Below, one piece after another: positions 61,201-64,000 of a stretch of 64,000 nt of DNA. Made by a program: the position numbers and the translations under genes. Below the pieces are notes generated by a model. It was not told where the DNA came from, did no database searches, and saw only the letters and a program-made list of their open reading frames with translations. Each line of letters starts with the position of its first letter. The first letter of the stretch is position 1. Source of the stretch: Catajapyx aquilonaris (lineage: Eukaryota); contig KZ537965.1 of assembly GCA_000934665.2 (NCBI GenBank), positions 186,001 to 250,000 of the forward strand, read 5' to 3'.

Positions 61201-64000
61201 GTAACAACATTTTCACGAAGTAACAGTAACAGCGCGTAGTCGTAATGAAATCATTCGTTTATGCCGCATTGGCCAGCACAAGCATGTTACAGGTTGCGGG
61301 TATGCACTGTGCTCACCCACAACATGCATCCAGGGTTTATTTTAAAGGCAAACCTGCCATCCGTTTCCAATTGTGCTTCTGAGAGGTACATGCTGTACAT
61401 ATAAATTGTCCGCAATAGTTGGGGTGCGGTCCATTTAATTTAGGTTTTTCCTTGCATTGTACCGACCAGTATACGGAAATGAGGCACCTTTCGCAGCTTG
61501 CGGTTAAGGCAACTTCCTCGCAATAAGTGGCACATTTTAGGCCAGGTTTGGGCCGCCGCCGGTGGGAAGAAAACACACAGAAAGAAAGAGGCATACCAGA
61601 AGAGCCGGCAAGTGCGACGTAGATTCTCTTCCAGCAGTGGTAGGCGATTAAGTAGGCCAAGAAGGCAGGGCTTAAAAATCCTAACGTAACTCTCCCCTGT
61701 AGCATGCAACGCAAAACCGCATACCGGAGTCGACCTGGCCAACTCACCAGAAAACTTTGTGTGCCAGGGACAGGCCATCACGTGGCCCCCGCCAGGTTTG
61801 TTTGTAAACATTGCAAATGTTGGCGGAAAAAGGGAAGGTTGGGACCTTAACCCTTTCACCATGTTTTGAAACAGGGAGGGCGGTGTTTGAATCAAAATTT
61901 GGGGGTTTAAAAAAATAGGTGGTTGGGGGATGTACAAGGGGTGACATGGACCATTTGGTTCGATCCCTAGTTCTCGTCTCGCAAGGGTTGTTATTCAACC
62001 ATGATGGCGGCTGCTTGGCCTACTTAGGTCTCATTTCCATTCGACATGAGGTAAAGACGGGTTCGAAGGGTGGGTTTTTGGGGATGAGGAAACAGATGGA
62101 GGGGTTGATGAAGGAAGGGTGTGTCCTGCCCTGTGACAATTCACGAAATATTTGCATGTTACGCATTGCGTAAGAGCCATGGGTGCGGGGGAAAAATAGC
62201 GCTTCAGCGACTATTTTGAATGCTGATGGCCGACCGCACACCTCCAGAATTTTTTTAAACCCGCTTTCCCCCCTCACTTTTCGCATGAATCGGCCTGAAA
62301 AGTACCACACCAGCACACAAAAAGGAAAACAAAACGAGAGACCTCCCCCCCGTACTCAATTAGCTTTCAGCACAAGCTAGTTATGGATGATAATTAAAAA
62401 TTAAACTGCGCGAGAGGCACGGGAGGGCAACAACAAAAGGGGAGCCCAAGCGCTAGTTATTTACTGCACACACACACATACATGTGAGTGTGTGTGTGCA
62501 CATGCACTTGTGACGTATGCAACGGGAATTACGGCCGACGCTTACAAACGGCATTGTGAATCTCTGCCAAGGTCGTGTTTTTTTTATATATGCATGATCA
62601 CCTGTGATTGTCAATGAACAGTTGATATTGCCCACATTTGCATCGTTTTCAAGAACAAGTTGACGTCATTTTAAACAATATTTTTCTCCTTATATGGTAG
62701 TGCAAACGGTGCAGTATTGCAATAACCGGAAGGAAGCTGTAAATACACACTCGACACGGCGGAGAACATAAAAGAACAGTGCGCAGTGCCTTTCATTTCA
62801 CACCGAACCAATCGAGAGTAAATGGAGCGACAATACAACACACAGTCACGTGCTCAAAACAACGGTACGACGCACACTTGTCACCTGTTTACTTCTTCTT
62901 TTTTTATGGAGAAGTAGAACGCACCGGAGGGTTTCCTGGAAATGGTGCAACACATGTCAATAAAGAGTAGCACAATGGTAACGTCACTTCGCACTTCATG
63001 GCTACCTTCTGAGTTTGCGGGGCATAGAAATCGCCAGCTTTTGCTTCCATACGCAACGAGCTTCCATTGTCAACAACCTTCACCAAGCCAGTAAGAGTCA
63101 CCGCCCAAAAGATTTTTTTTTTCGAAAAAAGGGGGGGTTCCGGTTATATAACCCACACAATGCCACTTTCATTTTGCCCCCCCCCCCCCCCAACTTTATT
63201 GGACCCAGGGATAAAATATGGAGGCGATAACGTAAAACCACGAGCCCAATAATTAATACCAGAATCAATCAGCCCTAGACCATAAAGCGGAAGTGTCGCA
63301 AGTTTACTGAAGCATTAAGGCACGTGGTGGGGTTGTGTGCACGTGTGGGAAGGTGAGCCGGAAAAAGAAATATAATAATAATTAAAAAAATACACATCCT
63401 CTATCTCGACACCTACGTCTGCATACAGCCACAATAGCAACATTAGAAGCGTCATTGTTTATTGTGAGGTCATTTCGGAATCGAGACCGTTAGGGAAGCA
63501 GAAGGTCGTTCCCCTTCCTGGATTTGTCCCTGTCTAAGTGTTACATGTCACAGGTGGCCGGAGTACGAGGCCTCCAACCCACTTTTTTTTTTTTTTGAAC
63601 CAACCAACCACCACCCACAACACGACACTTATGCTGTTGTTTACAAACGTATGCACCAAAGTGTGCTGGCGGGGGTGGTTTATCAGTCCGGCTGTGCAGC
63701 TGAACTTCCAAAGCCCAAAGTTACACGGTGTGATGTCGAGGAAGTGCAATTGCAACAATGTAAAAGGGGTAATCGACCTTGACCAGCTTCAATTGACTTT
63801 GGCTACAAACTTTGTTGCGTTTTGCGCTGGTGCACTCAAGTTCATTGCCTTTTTGCAAGTTGCTATCGGTTGCCCCTTTTTATATAGCACAGCGATAGGC
63901 TTCGCCACTTAGGTTCGAAATTTCGTTTTATAGCCACCGGTTTGATTGCCACTGGAATTACAAGGTGTGCTAATAACATCCTGGTCGTACATTGTATCTA

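Noticed and set aside
14540..62941. Window-wide enrichment of STAT sites (TTCnnnGAA)
   Set aside because: About nine seen by eye, which is no more than chance expectation for six fixed bases in 64 kb.
63316..63335. miR-124-like sequence TAAGGCACGTGGTG
   Set aside because: Matches only the 5' part of the mature miRNA, diverges after about 14 nt, and has no convincing hairpin.

Overview
Eukaryotic (animal, probably arthropod) genomic DNA; no prokaryotic features. Three spliced protein-coding genes can be reconstructed with phase-consistent exons. (1) The 3' half of a Ptp99A/PTPRG-like tandem-domain receptor tyrosine phosphatase (+, 57-1910) with 56-62 nt introns, one of them GC-AG. (2) A complete KLHDC10/slim-like kelch + BC-box cullin-2 substrate receptor (-, 5803-9842, about 447 aa), convergent with gene 1. 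(3) A complete Pim-family Ser/Thr kinase (+, 27450-30320, 327 aa) behind an E2F/CCAAT-rich promoter and a 27-bp minisatellite. The rest (about 10.3-26 kb and 32-64 kb) has no recognisable coding sequence. It holds several small TIR elements (Harbinger-, Sola-, Tc1/mariner- and hAT-like MITEs), a ~200-bp dispersed repeat, microsatellites, G-tracts and orphan promoter-like motif clusters. Best leads: a candidate unannotated micro-ORF exon between the convergent genes, a degron-like Ala-Ala-Cys-Gly C-terminus on KLHDC10, and uORFs plus an open in-frame leader on Pim. I see no clear evidence of a wholly new multi-gene system.
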